Shown in pieces: positions 41,918 to 55,900 of a stretch of DNA of 64,000 nucleotides. The position numbers were made by a program, and so were the translations under genes. Source of the stretch: Octopus vulgaris (lineage: Eukaryota); contig OX597815.1 in assembly GCA_951406725.2 (NCBI GenBank), forward strand, positions 8,370,001 through 8,434,000. The letters are read 5' to 3'. The stretch's first letter is position 1, and the number at the start of each line of letters is the position of its first letter. The notes beneath the pieces were generated by a model, which was not told where the DNA came from, ran no database searches, and saw nothing but the letters and a program-made list of their open reading frames with translations.

Positions 41918-42900
41918 ACACCCACATCCATATGGTGACACCAACCATCCACTCTTGCTTCACCTACTCACCTACACTAACATACAAGTTTATCTCCTTC
42001 ACTGCTCTCTACATTTCTCATTTGAAAATAATCTTCTCATATGAAGAGCCAGGTGTGAAATATTAGATTTCTGGTCTGAGAGAAAAATCCATAAAATGTA
42101 TGCACAGTGAGACTTAATTTCTATATACTTAGACCCAAATATATACATACATATATATATGTGTGTGTGTGTGTGTATAATTGTCACTAAATATGTCTAG
42201 GGTGTCAGGACACCTACATTGCTAGAAATAAGAGCTTAAAAGCTCTAATGCTGTAGTTAAAGTACATGATCGTTGCCAGAGCAGCTAACTGGCTTCCGTG
42301 CCGGTGGCATGTAAGAGGCACCATTCGAGCGGGATCATTACCAGCATCACCTTACTGGCACCTGTGGGGTCATTGCAAGTGTTAGGAAGGGCATCCAGCT
42401 GTAGAAACTCTGCCAGATCAAGACTGGAGCCTGGTGCAGCCTCCTGGCTTGCCAGACCTCAGTCAAACCATCCAACCCATGCTAGCATGGAAAGCGGACG
42501 TTAAACGATGATGATGATGATATGCACTGACAGGGACTGTAATCACCCAAAAACACTGGTCAAGAATTCCCTGTAGTGATCAATCAGCTTTGGCTAATTC
42601 TGTAGCCTCATCAATGCCTGAAACTGACCAATCAGTATAGGGAATTCATGACCAGTGTTTTTGGGGCGATTACAGACCCTGTTAGTACACATGTCTACAA
42701 TTATGTACTTTAAACAACAGCATAAGAACTGTTTAGTTCTTATTTCTAGCAATGTAGTCGTTCTGGCACCTTGGTCATATTTCGTGACAATTATAGTTTT
42801 CCTTAAGGGTAACACATTTCACACGTGCCTATATTAATTTATATATATTATATATTGTTCAAACATATATATTATTTGAACTTGAAAGTAAATATTGTAA

Positions 42901-43288
42901 TTGTGGCACGTAAAAAGCACCAACTGATCGTGGCCGTTGCCAGCCTACCTTGGCACCTAAAAAGCACCATCCGTACATGGCCGATGCCAGCGCCGCCTTG
43001 ACTGGCTCCTGTGTCGGTGGAACGTAAAAACCACCAACCGATCGCGGCTGTTGCCAGCCTCCCCTGGCACCTGTGCCGGTGGCACGTAAAAAGCATCCAC
43101 TACACTCCTCATGGAGTGGTTGGCATTAAGGAAGGGTATCCAGCTGTAGAAACATTGCCAGATCAGACTGGAGCCTGGTGCAATCTCCTGGCTTCCCAGA
43201 CCCATGTTGAACCGTCCAACTCATGCTAGCATGGAAAACGGACGTTAAACGACAATGATGATGATGATGATGATGATAATGATAATGA
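42901..43288 (+). mobile_element. RTE-tail retroelement family D
   Basis: Units GTGCCGGTGGCACGTAAAAAGCACC, then GAGTGGTTGGC.TTAGGAAGGG..GGACGTTAAAC(GAT)n. More than 15 copies in the window, e.g. 1945-2416, 21930-22256, 25409-25801, 27450-27742, 31130-31512, 33055-33460, 45572-45813 and 61383-61975. Confidence 0.8.
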
Positions 43289-46264
43289 TATATATTGTTC
43301 AAACATATATATTATTTGAACTTGAAAGTAAATATTGTAAAGAAGATTGTGTTACTGTAACAACAGCAGTAACAACAACAACAATGATGGCGAGGGTGGG
43401 GTGGGACAATACCAATAAAACAGTAGCAGCTAACAGTCGTAACCAATCAACCGTTGGTAAGTCTTTAGACTTTATCCAGGTGTGATGATTTAGTGAGATT
43501 AGAAAGCTAGATATGTTCAGCCTTTCACCATTGACACCAACACCCATTTACCTGTCCACTTGGCAGTCAAATAATGTCCACTTATCAATGAAACTAGAAA
43601 CTAGCTGGTTACTTTATAGCCTACACTTGTCACCAATCCAAATTATATTGTCTGTGTTGTCTAAAAATAATTCAACTGATTCACTCCAGTTAACTCCCTT
43701 GTTTATTAATTTTCAAATTTTAAGGAAGATTCAGTAACAGCTTGACCTGCAAGAAATAGCAACCAAATTTCTTCAAATTATACACTTCCATCTAAGAAAT
43801 GAACACATTAGATAATATGGTCCAGAGGTCACTGTGACATGTAAAAAGCACCATCCGAATGTGGCCAATGAAAGCGCCGATTTGACTGGCTTCTGTGCCG
43901 GTGTCATGTAAAAAGCACCAACCGATTGTGGATGCTGCCAGCCTCCCCTGGCACCTGTGCCAGTGACATGTAAAAAGCACCATCCGAATGTGGCCGATGC
44001 CAGCGCCGCCTCGACTGGCTTCTGTGCCGATGGCACGTAAAAAGCACCAACCAATCATGGCCGCTGCCAGCCTCCCCTGGCACCTGTGCTGGTGGCACGT
44101 AAAAAGCACCCACAACACTCTCAGAGTGGTTGGCGTTAGGAAGGGCATCCAGCTGTAGAAACACTGCCAGATCAGACTGGAGCCTGGTGCAGCCACCTGG
44201 CTTCCCAGACCCCAGTCGAACCGTCTAACCCGTGCTTGCATGGAAACGGATGTTAAACGATGATGATGATGATGATGACAATTGGATTGCTCCAGGTCAG
44301 TCCTGATCCGGCTAATTCCCATATTCAAAATCATTCCAATAGTGCATCCTATCTTTTTTTTTTTTGACATAGTGTATCTACAGCTACATTGCCCAACTTA
44401 TTGGTGTTTAGGTTCAGGCAAGCCTTGATCAAGCAAACCTATAACCAAAGGCATTCCAATCGTGACCATCCCATCTAATTTTCCGACATTGTGTATCTAG
44501 GTCTATGTTATTATTCAATGCCAATGTGTCCTTTCTTTTATCATTTTCATACCAACCAGCCTGTGACCACAACCTCAAATTCTCAAATATAGAATCATCA
44601 TCATCATTGTTTAACGTCCATTTTCCATGCTGGGTTGGACGGTTCGACCGGGGTCTGGGAAGCCAGGAGACTGCACCAGTCTCATCTGGCAGTGTTTCTA
44701 CAGTTTGATACCCTTCCTAACGCCAACCACTCCGAGAGTGTAGTGGGTGCTTTTTATGTGCCAGGGGAGGCTGGCAATGGCCACGATCAGTTGGTGCTTT
44801 TTATGTGCCACCTGCATGGAAGCCAGTCAAGGTGGCACTGGCATCTTTTTAGATATTCATACTGAAGTTAAAACCTCCCTTCATATTTTTATATGAGGAC
44901 ATTTTATTCAGTTCGAAACATTGCTTAATAATGGCAAAATTACTTACATCTACAAGTTTTTTTACTCTGAATTTGATAAGATTTATGGCAATTAAATATT
45001 ATGATGTCATAAGCTAACCTCATCGTCACTTGTAACAATCATTTCTAAGCAAAACAAGGGCAATGAAAGCCACTTTTAGATATTTTCCTACTCAGCACAG
45101 GTCATAAAAATGTAGCAAATTAAAAAGCTACAAGCAATGGAGATTATTCCTCTTCACAATTGTTGTATAATCCCAAATCAACTGTCAATGAAGGCTGAAC
45201 TTCCTAATTTTCTCCCTCCTTCAGAATAAAAAATATTTTTTTTACAAGTGAGGAATTGGTCCAATACATCACATTGCAGTTCTTCAGTATGGTTTTGGAT
45301 TCATATTCTACTGGATTCCAGTTTGACTATCACTGGTAAAATACCAGTATCATTACAAAATTGACTCTACTCTGGTCTTAAAGTATTTGTAGTCGTGCTG
45401 GATTAAATATGTTAAAGCAGTGAATCTCAAACTTATTTTGTTATGGTATAGGTATAGATAAGGTGGCGAGCTGGCAGAAATGTTAGCACGCCGGGTGAAA
45501 TGCTTAGCGGTATTTCGTCAGCCGTTAAGTTCTGAGTTCAAATTCCGCCGAGGTCGACAAATTAAGTACCAGTAAAAAGATTTGAGCGAGGGCGTTGCCA
45601 GTAGCACCTGACTAGCCTCTGTGCTGGTGGCACATAAAAAGCACCCACTACACTCTCGGAGTGGTTGGCATTAGGAAGGGCATCCAGCTGTAGAAACTCT
45701 GCCAGATCAAGATTGGAGCCTGGTGCGGCTGTCTGGTTCACCAGCCCTCAGTCAAAATCATCCAACCCATGCTAGCATGGAAAGCGGATGTTAAACGATG
45801 ATGATGATGATGATTTTGAGTTAACGGTATATTTTGTCTAGGGCCCTAATAATACTATCAAACCTCTTAGAGACAGAAGAGATAAAATGACCAAATAATT
45901 ACAATTGTACTAAACTAGGATTCCATCAGTTTGTGAGATAGCCGCTATGTAATCAGAGCAATTCATCCATCAGTTCAAAATCTCACTAAACTACCAAACT
46001 GACTAGATTGAAAAGAGACCAAGGCAAATAGGTAGAGGAACTTTTCAGTAATCTCTCAAATTCATTCAATGTACGAGCTAAATCTCCTTCAGTAAATATT
46101 TATGAAATAACTTGCACCAATGACTTTAGCAGTTAAACTCACAACATTCCTATCTTTGAAATATGACTGGCCTAGATGACACTGACAGAGCATGTCTGCA
46201 TCCACTTGCTTTGCTAAAAGTAGCAGCTAAATTCCTTTGAATAGACACTAGTCAATCTTAAAAT

Positions 46265-46428
46265 AGGCGCAGGAGTGGCTGTGTGGTAAGTAGCTTGCTA
46301 ACCAACCACATGGTTCCGGGTTCAGTCCCACTGCATGGCATCTTGGGCAAGTGTCTTCTGCGATAGCCCCGGGCCGACCAATGCCTTGTGAGTGGATTTG
46401 GTAGACGGAAACTGAAAGAAGCCTGTCG

Positions 46429-46459
<31 letters not shown>

Positions 46460-46681
46460 GTGTGTGTGTTTGTGTGTCTGTGTTTGTCCCTCTAGCATTG
46501 CTTGACAACCGATGCTGGTGTGTTTATGTCCCCGTCACTTATCGGTTCGGCAAAAGAGACCGATAGAGTAAGTACTGGGCTTACAAAGAATAAGTCCCGG
46601 GGTCGATTTGCTCGACTAAAGGCAGTGCTCCAGCATGGCCGCAGTCAAATGACTGAAACAAGTAAATGAGTAAAAGAGTAA
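46265..46681 (+). mobile_element. tRNA-derived SINE family A, full length
   Basis: Head GGCGCAGGAGTGGCTGTGTGGT with B-box-like GGTTCAGTCCC, internal TA/TG microsatellite, tail GACTGAAACAAGTAAAAGAGTA. Confidence 0.85.
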
Positions 46682-47679
46682 TATGAGCCAAGGGGGCAGT
46701 TTCTGGGTGCCTTACTTACACAATGTAACAATCAAACCTTTAGCAACTAAAACTTCATCATCATCATGGATGGACATCATTGCTTTCATGTCAATGTTTA
46801 TTTTCTTATGTTGCAAATGAGTTGGGCAGGTCAGTCACCCTGCGCAATACCAGACATCCTCTCATCAGTGAGGTTCAGCATCCTGTGATCTAACCACACC
46901 ACTTCCTACCATGGCTAACATGCAACATTCTCCGCCATCCTCTTCATCGCATGCATTATGCGAGCATAGAACAAAAAGTGACGGAATCTTCATGTGGTTA
47001 CATGACCTGTTAGAAATAACAACCAAATCCCCTTAAACCACACCTCAATGTCGTAAAAAAAAAACCCAAAACAAAACACACACATAAGATAATGTAATTT
47101 TAGCTAAACTCATCATCATCATCATCATTTAACGTCCACTTCCCATGCTAGCATGGGTTGGATGATTTTGACTGAGGGCTGGCAAACCAGATGGCTGCAC
47201 CAGGCACCAATCTTGATTTGGCAGAGTTTCTACAGCTGGATGCCCTTCCTGCCGCCAATCACTCTGAGAGTGCAGTAGGTGCTTTTTATGTGCCACCGGC
47301 ACAGGGGCCAGTCAGACGGTACTGGCAACAACCTCGCTCGAATCTTTTTACACATGCCATCAGCACAGGTGCCAGTATCTGAATAAACAATGTTGTGAGT
47401 CATGACTGGAAGACCTTTGATCAGGTCTATATCAAATCGGAGTAGAACTAGGAGTAACCCTTTAGCGTTCAGATCAGTCTATCAAATGAAATGCTTATTA
47501 ATTGTTTTGAATTAATCATGCATTATCTTGTAGTTTAGAGATTTCGAGGATGTGGTTGTATAGTTTAAGAATGACATTGATGGGTAAGTGTGAGAGGCCA
47601 GATATGGTTGGTTTGAACATAAAACAGGTAGAATATTTTGACCAGGTTAAATGCTAACATTTTTTCAGTGGATTCCTAT

Positions 47680-49770
47680 GTTTTCGATTACGGACATTCT
47701 TAATATGCCAAAAACCACGTTTTCGAAATTTTCAATTCTCCCTCCACACCCCAAAATTTTAAAATTTTAACATTTTATTTAGAATTTTTTTTTTCAATCT
47801 ATGTGGGAAAATATGGAGATTAAGAATATGGACAAAAAATAATTAAAATCAAATTTTTTTTGAGGAAACTCCAAAATTGATTCATACAACCCCCTTGCCA
47901 CCCCATCCCACTGTCTAAAAGTGAAAATGAACAGCTTGCGTGTTTGTGTTTGCACATGCGAATGAATGGTTTTAATAGAGGCAAACACAATATTCAATAA
48001 AATGTTTTGTTCTTCATTCAGAAAGAATAAAAACTTCATGGAACTTTGTTCATGTGTATTCCCACCCATAAAAAAAAAAGTTTGTATATCCGGAAACTAC
48101 ATGATATAACACATATTCGTAGAAAATTTCACAAAAAAATATCCATTTTTCTGAAAGTTATGATCATCTAAAGTTGGTGGGGCAGAAACCTGTATATTAT
48201 GCCTGGAATTTAAGTGCATAGTGTCCACAAAATTGACAACAATTTTTCCAGAGAAGGGAAGATAAGTGTTTTGTAAAACAGATACTCCAGATCATTTCCA
48301 AGGGCACTGTGAAAAGAAATCTGAAATATCTCCATCAAAACGGAAAAATTCCAACTTGGTGGTGCTTCCTAACTCCGAAGTCGGCCGATACCTGTATCTA
48401 TGAGTCTTTGTGTTTGACATCCCGTCACCCCTTATAACCACTGTTGCTGTACATTATTTACAATGGAGAGATAGGTATCCTCATCATGTCTCGGCTGATG
48501 TACTCTCCAGCCTTCATCCTGTATTCTGGTGGAATTTCAAACCCAACCCTTTATTTGACTAATGTTACGGCGTTTACATCCCCATAACTTAGTGGTTCGG
48601 CAACCCCCCCCCCAAAAAAAACAATAGAATAAGTACTAGGCTTCATAAATAAGGGGCTGTTTCACTGACTAAAGTCCTTCAAGGCGGTGCTCCAGCATGG
48701 CCACAGTCAAGTGACTGAAACAAGCAAAGGAGTAACTCCACAATGTCACCTTTCTTCTTCTTGATGAACATCCATCGCCCTTCTAGAGTCTGTCTATGGA
48801 TGCTGTCATCATTTGGATAAGAAACATTGAGTGAATCATTGACCCACATAAAAAGACCCTGATCGAATATCAAACGTGTTTCATGAAATTTTGGTATATT
48901 ACTGGGCATAACTATAAATTTCTGCTCCCCCCCACCGACTCAACTTGGGATGATCCTAACTTTTAGGAAAATGGATAATTGTTAGTGAAATTTTCTATGA
49001 ATGTGTTATACCATGTAGATTCTGAGTATACAAATTTTTTTGGCAGGAGGGGGGGGGGTGTTTTAGTGGGGGGGTCGGGTAGGGAATTTTAGAAAATTCA
49101 TTGGAGTCCACCTCAATTCGTCTTAACTTTCAAGAAAATAGATATTTTTTAATGAAATTCTCTACAAATATACCTCAGATTATGTAGATTCCGAGGACAT
49201 AGGAATTTTGGGGGAAACAATCGGAGGTTATTTTTGAGAACCATTTCCCACTCGCAGGTGTGTCTGAACAAGTCCATCGCTTGTAGAGAATTTCATTTAA
49301 AAATATCCATTTTCTTGAAAGTTAAGACGAATTGAACTCCAGTGAATTTTCCAAAACCCCCAAAATTTGGCTATATCCTTATGCCACATATTTTGTCCTT
49401 TAGAAGTAATTCCTGATGGACAAGGGGCTTTCAGTCTTCATATTCTTAACTGCTACCAAGAAGAATGGTTGGACCCTTACTTATGTTCACATTAGGACAG
49501 CTCTCACACATATAGTAGGCTTTAAATAGCGGAATGAAATGGTGAGGGGATGTATGAATCAATTTTGGAGTTTCCTCATATAAAATTTGAAATTAATTAT
49601 TCACTTTTTGCCATATTTCTAATCTCCCTATTTTCCCATGTAGATTGAAAAAAAAAAAAAAAAAAATTCGAAAAAAGTTAAAATTAAAAATTTGGGGTGG
49701 GGAGGGGGAATTGAAAATTTCGAAAACATGGTTTTTGGCAATATTCAGAATCTCTGTCATCGAAAAACTA
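47680..49770. mobile_element. Old foldback DNA-transposon relic
   Basis: About 47680-47900 is a diverged inverted copy of about 49545-49770. Internal repeats of AAAATATCCATTTT. Confidence 0.5.
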
Positions 49771-50657
49771 AAGTCAATTTTTCGTGCTGGTGTACTTGTA
49801 AACATCAACCAACTTTTTAATTGGTTTGGAGAGAGTAATATACCAATCATTATGTACCCTCAAATACCCCTTGCACCCTATATAGATGGTGCGAGTGTGT
49901 TTTTGCAAGTACTGCCTGACTAGCCCCTGTGCTGGTGGCACATAAAAGCACCCACTACACTCTCGGAGTGGTTGGCATTAGGAAGGGCATCCAGCTGTAG
50001 AAACTCTGCCAGATCAAGATTGGAGCCTGGTGCAGCCATCTGGTTTGCCTGACCTCAGTCAAATCATCCAACCCATGCTAGCATGGAAAGCGGACGTTAA
50101 ACAATGATGATGATATAGGGCAGTTCTCCACAACTGGTACACCCTAGTGTAACCTGAAGATCATTTTTTCCCCCTATACTTTTTGTCATAGTTTTAGTTT
50201 AGGTGTTCTGCCGAATTTTGAAAAGAATATAAGTGTACTGCAAGTGAAAAAAGGTTACAGAGCACTGGTGTAGGGCTACATTTGAACAGAAATACCTTGT
50301 AGTGTTCACCAATTTAGCTACCTCCCTTGTACCTTTGCATTTCATACCTTATGAGAACCATGAAATAGGTGCCAATTGTAACATTGGAGACTTAATCCAC
50401 AATAATCCTCGACGGCCAAAGCCCAATGTAAGACTGCCATTAATGTTTAACTTTCTCATATACCACAGCTGTTCTTTATATAAATATATAGATTTATGTA
50501 TGTAGCAAATTTTGTTTGCATTAATCTGGTATTTATCCTATAAAAAACACCTGTGGATGATTTGGTATTTTCTAAAAAAATGAGAAGAGTAAAAAAGCAA
50601 TGAACTGGCAGGTACGCAACTGAGCCATTCTCATATAATTTTGGGGGTTCAAACAAC

Positions 50658-50928
50658 GGTACTACTAGCGAACAGTGGTCCCGATGCGCAGACTCATACA
50701 GTCGCGCTAGCTAGTCATGACTAGTCGATCCTACGACTACCTAGCAAAGTAAATAAAACACAAAATAAATATTTTTTTTACACAAAGTAAATAGAACACT
50801 AAAACACAAAGTAAATAATTTTTTAAGTAAATAACACACAAAAACACAAAGTAAGGATCGACTAGTCATGACTAGCAAGCGTGGATGCGTGAGTACACGC
50901 ACCGGGACCACTGTTCTCAAGTAGTACC
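50658..50928. mobile_element. Mutator-like MITE
   Basis: About 75-bp imperfect TIRs starting GGTACTACT. Exact 9-bp TSD TCAAACAAC (50649-50657, 50929-50937). Confidence 0.8.
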
Positions 50929-51204
50929 TCAAACAACTACTGTTCAGACAAAATATTTCCAACTTTGCTTGCTATTCTCCAAAGTAAATTGACACAATAA
51001 ACCTTGAAGTAAATATTGTGGCGATTGAAATCCTCTTCTCCCCAAATAAGATGTAACAGCAAATACAACAAAAAGTTCAAATGCCATGCTGGGCTATCAA
51101 TGTCCTCCAGTGGAGCACCAAGGTGTCAAAACAAAAAATGCACTGATTGAAACCATTTGCCCCTGCCCTAACATTGGATACCAGAACCCTTAGATTCATT
51201 TACG

Positions 51205-51628
51205 TATGAGGGTGAGTCAAAAAATAATGCCATTTTGTTTAGGACAGGTATTATTACCAACATAGGAACATGTAACATATATCAAAATGAAGCTGGTCAT
51301 CCGTGGATCACATCCCTACTTTTCAACATAGTCACCATTTCTCTCAATAGCAATGTTCCACCTTTGAATGAGAGCATGTATCCCTGCCCCGTAAAATTCT
51401 GTTGACAGTTCTTTGAGCCACTTCTTCACTACAGTTTTCACTTCCTTGTCACTGGAATAATGTTTACCTCTCAAACCCTCTTTTGTGGTGCCAAAGAGAT
51501 GATAGTCTGAAGGCGCTAAACTTGTTGAGCGTGGAGGCAATGAACAAATGGCTCAAAGAACAGTCAACAGAATTTTATGGGGTAGGGATACATGCTCTCA
51601 TTTGAAGGTGGACCATTGCTATTGAGAT
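51205..51628 (-). mobile_element. Mariner transposase C-terminal fragment with TIR
   Basis: LAPSDYHLFG..LRGKHY..GIHALIQRWNIAIERNGDYVEK*. End sequence TATGAGGGTGAGTCAAAA. About 80 bp is duplicated in inverted orientation at 51548-51628. Confidence 0.8.
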
Positions 51629-52566
51629 GTGTTGAGGTTAACCTCAAAGCCAATCAGTGAATGGGTGGAACATGCAGAGTGGTCTGTGACTACAGAGGAC
51701 ATACAATGTCAGTATGCACACACAACAGAATGTAAGCATCTTAAGAGAAAAATTGGATATGAGGCATTAGATGTGGTGTGTGAGAGACAGCTGGTATCAT
51801 TATGTGAAGCATACAGATGGGGAGACAGCTGATCTTTAACTGTGGAGGGAACCTGTGGAAGAGGTAGAGCCAGGAAGACATGGTGAAGTGTAATCTTCGG
51901 ATGCCAAGTCTCACCGAGGTGAATGACAAGTGACCGAGACCTTTGGCGATTTGTTGTGCCTTAGAAGACTCATCAAGCTGAGTGAAATTGTAGTCGTGGT
52001 CAGTGCTGGTGACATGTAAAAGGCATCCAGTACACTCTGTAAAGTGGCTGGGGTTAGGAAGGGCATCCAGCCATAGAAACCAAGCCAAAACAGACAACTG
52101 GAACCTGGTGGCAGCTCTCTGGTTTTCCAGTTCTGGTCAAACCATCTTACTCATCCCAGAATGGAAAACAGATGCTAATGATGATTATTATGTACTTGGA
52201 CTCAATCCATCATCCTTTCAACAGATTCAGAGGCCCTGAAAAGGGTTACCTGTGCTGCCCTTCATCTTCTCACTTAGCATTAAAAAAAAAAAAACTCCAG
52301 CAATATTAACCCTTTTGTTAATGTCTTTCTGTTGAAATATGCTGGGTTTTTTTTCCCTATTAATTTGGAAAATAATAAATTTATTGAAATAACTTTTTCC
52401 TTATTAACCTGAAGTTTGAAGCAAATTGACAAGAAATTCTGATGAAAGATTTTTAAATTTAAATCACTTGAAATCAGTAAGTTTGCAGCATAGAACCAAA
52501 GTTGGTGTCAGGCAGGTTGCTATCAAAAGCATTGATGAAAGGGTTTTGCTGAAAGGCACAATCTTA

Positions 52567-52969
52567 TACTCTCTCTTTTACTTGTTTCAGTCATTTGACT
52601 GCGGCCATGCTGGAGCACCGCCTTTATTCGAGCAACTCGACCCTAGGACTTATTCTTTTGTAAGCACTGTACTTATTCTATCGGTCTCTTTTGCCGAACT
52701 GCTAAGTAACGGGGACATAAACACACCAGCATCGGTTGTCAAGCAATGCTAGGGGTACAAACAAAGACACACATGCATATATATATATATATATATACAT
52801 ATATACGACGGGCTTCTTTCAGTTTCTGTCAAACAAATCCACTCACCAGGCTTTGGTCGGCCCAAGGCTATAGTAGAAGACACTTGCCCAAGGTGCCACG
52901 CAGTGGGACTGAACCCGGAACCATGTGGTTGGTAAACAAGCTACTTACCACACAGCCACTCCTGCGCCT
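52567..52969 (-). mobile_element. SINE family A
   Basis: Full reverse copy. Confidence 0.85.
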
Positions 52970-55900
52970 ATTTTATGTGTATGAATTCACAACCAAAGTG
53001 TTGGCATACAGTGTAAAACCTAATGAACATCTGAAGACTAATGTCGTACTCTAAGTGTTCTGGCCACTCTGAAATGTAAATGAACAGGCCAGAGGAGGTT
53101 TCAAGTCCAGTAAGGAAACCTCTTTAGTGTTGATGTTGTCACAACATTTTTCCTTTCCTTTATTTTTTTTTTTTAAGCTAAGGGTAGGCCTAACATTGCA
53201 TGGTTTAACACCATCTCCTGGCCCTTTGGTTTCCTTGTGGGCAGTTGCAAGCATTAAAATCAAGCCCCTCCACATTCCTTGGTTTATGCCACCAGTTTTC
53301 AAAAGAGTCTTTCTTCCTCATTCCTTTTAGTTCTGCTATCTCTACTGATCAAAAAACCTTCATCAATTACTAGCTACTATTTACTTTAATTGCCAGCATA
53401 CAAGATGCATCCCTACCTTACAAGTATATTTTGTGGAAAAACCAAATTTATAATGCACCCCATACTAACTGAAAGACATTTAAATTAAAGCGGTTTTGCA
53501 AGGGAAAATGTATGATTCTATGCATGTAAATACAATGTGACAGTATATTGGAATTAAGTACAAAACCATAAATTTATCATTTATAAACTTCATTATATGT
53601 GCACTGTTATTTCAATTTATCTTCAGATTAACTGCATGGTTATTAATATTTTGGTCAATAGAAATGCCATATAGGATGTAAAATTCAGATTTTTGGCAAT
53701 AATGCTCTTTGTGTTACTGCAAGCCACATCAGGCATCACTGCTATGGTTTTGTCATCCACTCATTGCAAACAGCTGACAGGTACGCAGAATTTTCATTTA
53801 GACCAGTGGTTCTCAATTTGGTGTTAAAATTTATGTGCAATAAATTGGTCTTATAATGCACAAAATACTTTAATTTTCTTTTTATACAATTCTTAATAAT
53901 GGCTACGGAGTTAAATAGGAATCAAAAGGGTCCACAGGCAAAAAAAAAAATGATTGTGAACCACTGATTTAGATAATTAAAAATGTTTCTTACATATGCT
54001 GGGGAAGGAGGCATGAGATGGCAAGACCTCTCCACATTGCTGATGAATGGTAAGCAATTGTTCTAAAGTTTCTGCAAACAGACTGTGATAATTTGGCTTA
54101 TTTTCAATATTTTATAATTAGTAACAATTATTGTGCCCAGTAGACTTATGGATATCCAGCCCCTAGCCTACAACACTTAGTGTCTCATCCAGAATACAGC
54201 TGCAAAGCAATTTTTTGAGACATTTCATTATCATCATTGTTTAACGTCCGTTTTCCATGCTAGCGTGGGTTGGACGGCTCAACCGGGGTCTGGGAAGCCA
54301 GGGGCTGCACCAGGCTCCAGTCTGATCTGGCAGAGTTTCTACAGCTGGATGCCCTTCCTAACGCCAACCACTCTGCGAGTGTAGTGGGTGCTTTTTACAT
54401 GCCACCTACACAGGTGCCAGGGGGGTCCGGCATCGGCCACGATCGGATGGAGCTTTTAATGTGCCACCGGCACGGTTACAAATAAAAAATAATGTCTTAT
54501 ACACTGGCAAATACAGTAACTATCATTCCCTCTGCATTGATGCCTCTCAAATCCTCTTTCTCTGAAACCATTATCCTTAGTGACTGTAACGTATATAACC
54601 CTTCTTGATATTGCTTGTACAGAGACGTCCAATATCCATGCTACCATCATAGCACAAAGAGTTCACTGATTATAATTTCATATTGACTGACCAAGTTGAA
54701 TTTTTTGTCCAACCCGTGCTAGCATGGAAAACGGACGTTAAACAAACATATATGTAGCATAACTAGTATAAAACCATATAATTTCATATCAACAATATCA
54801 TAATTATTGAACATCATTATCATTAGCAATTCAATTTTTAAACACGAACAAAAAAAATTTAAACAGAAATACAAAAGAAATACCAAGAATACTTTGTAAA
54901 TGAATGAGATTTTTTTTTTTTTTTTTTTTTACAAATGTTTATTTTACAATATATATAAATATTGCTGCATAGTGAAGATGGTAGTTAGCTCTGGTATAGT
55001 GCGAGGGCAAGTTATGATGAATTTAGGGAACCTAGAAGCTGCCCACTGGTTGAGATCACTATTGCTTCAGAACATTTATACATATGAACATAGATGTAGT
55101 TGGTTAGTTGTGAAATCAGAGTTAACTTGTCTACAATTAGAAACAATAAAAAAAATTTATTCTCTACAAATACTATCTTTTGATTATTATTACCATTATT
55201 ACTATTGCTTTAATTAAGCTGTATGGTTGGAAAGTTGTTGACAAAACAGCTGTACAACACATTGGGAGTTAATACTATTTTAATTAAGACAGGAAGCTTT
55301 TGCAACATATAACCTATTGAATTGTGAAACAGAAAAATGACATCCTTCAGAAGTAGATAAAAATATTCTTTGTCTAACTTTTCCTATCCAAAAACTCTCT
55401 CTCAACCTACATTTCCCCTTTATCCACAAACCGGCAACGGTTTCACACGAACCCCACTCAGTTATCTTTCTCAAAGCTAGTCAAACAGGTTCAAGAAAGA
55501 TATTGGATATTGCCCTTCCTTAAATCTAGCAATGAGTGACTGGCTGCAGGTAACTCGGATGCCCTGTCTATCAGAGTAAAAAATATGGGTGCACATATCA
55601 AGTCAACAACATGCATGAAGCTGCCTTAATGGATCTTCTCTACATGGTATAACCTCAACTCAAAATTTAATAAAACCATCTTGTGATCAGACTACTTTAT
55701 CTAAGCCACAGGGAATTAAAATATTGGCCTTTTTCCTCTCTGGATCATTAATCACTTCTGTTGATCAAGTATCAGATTTTTGGTGCCACAACCTTCCTAC
55801 AGACATATGGCAAATAAAGTACAAGATACAAGGAGAAGTGCTTAATAAACAAAATATAAAGAATTTGTTGAAACTTCAAAGAAATACAGAATTCAGTTAG

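Noticed and set aside
44941-44970. Possible ACAT1 micro-exon (CAG..GTAAGT on minus strand)
   Set aside because: 19 nt, weak polypyrimidine tract and no coding similarity.
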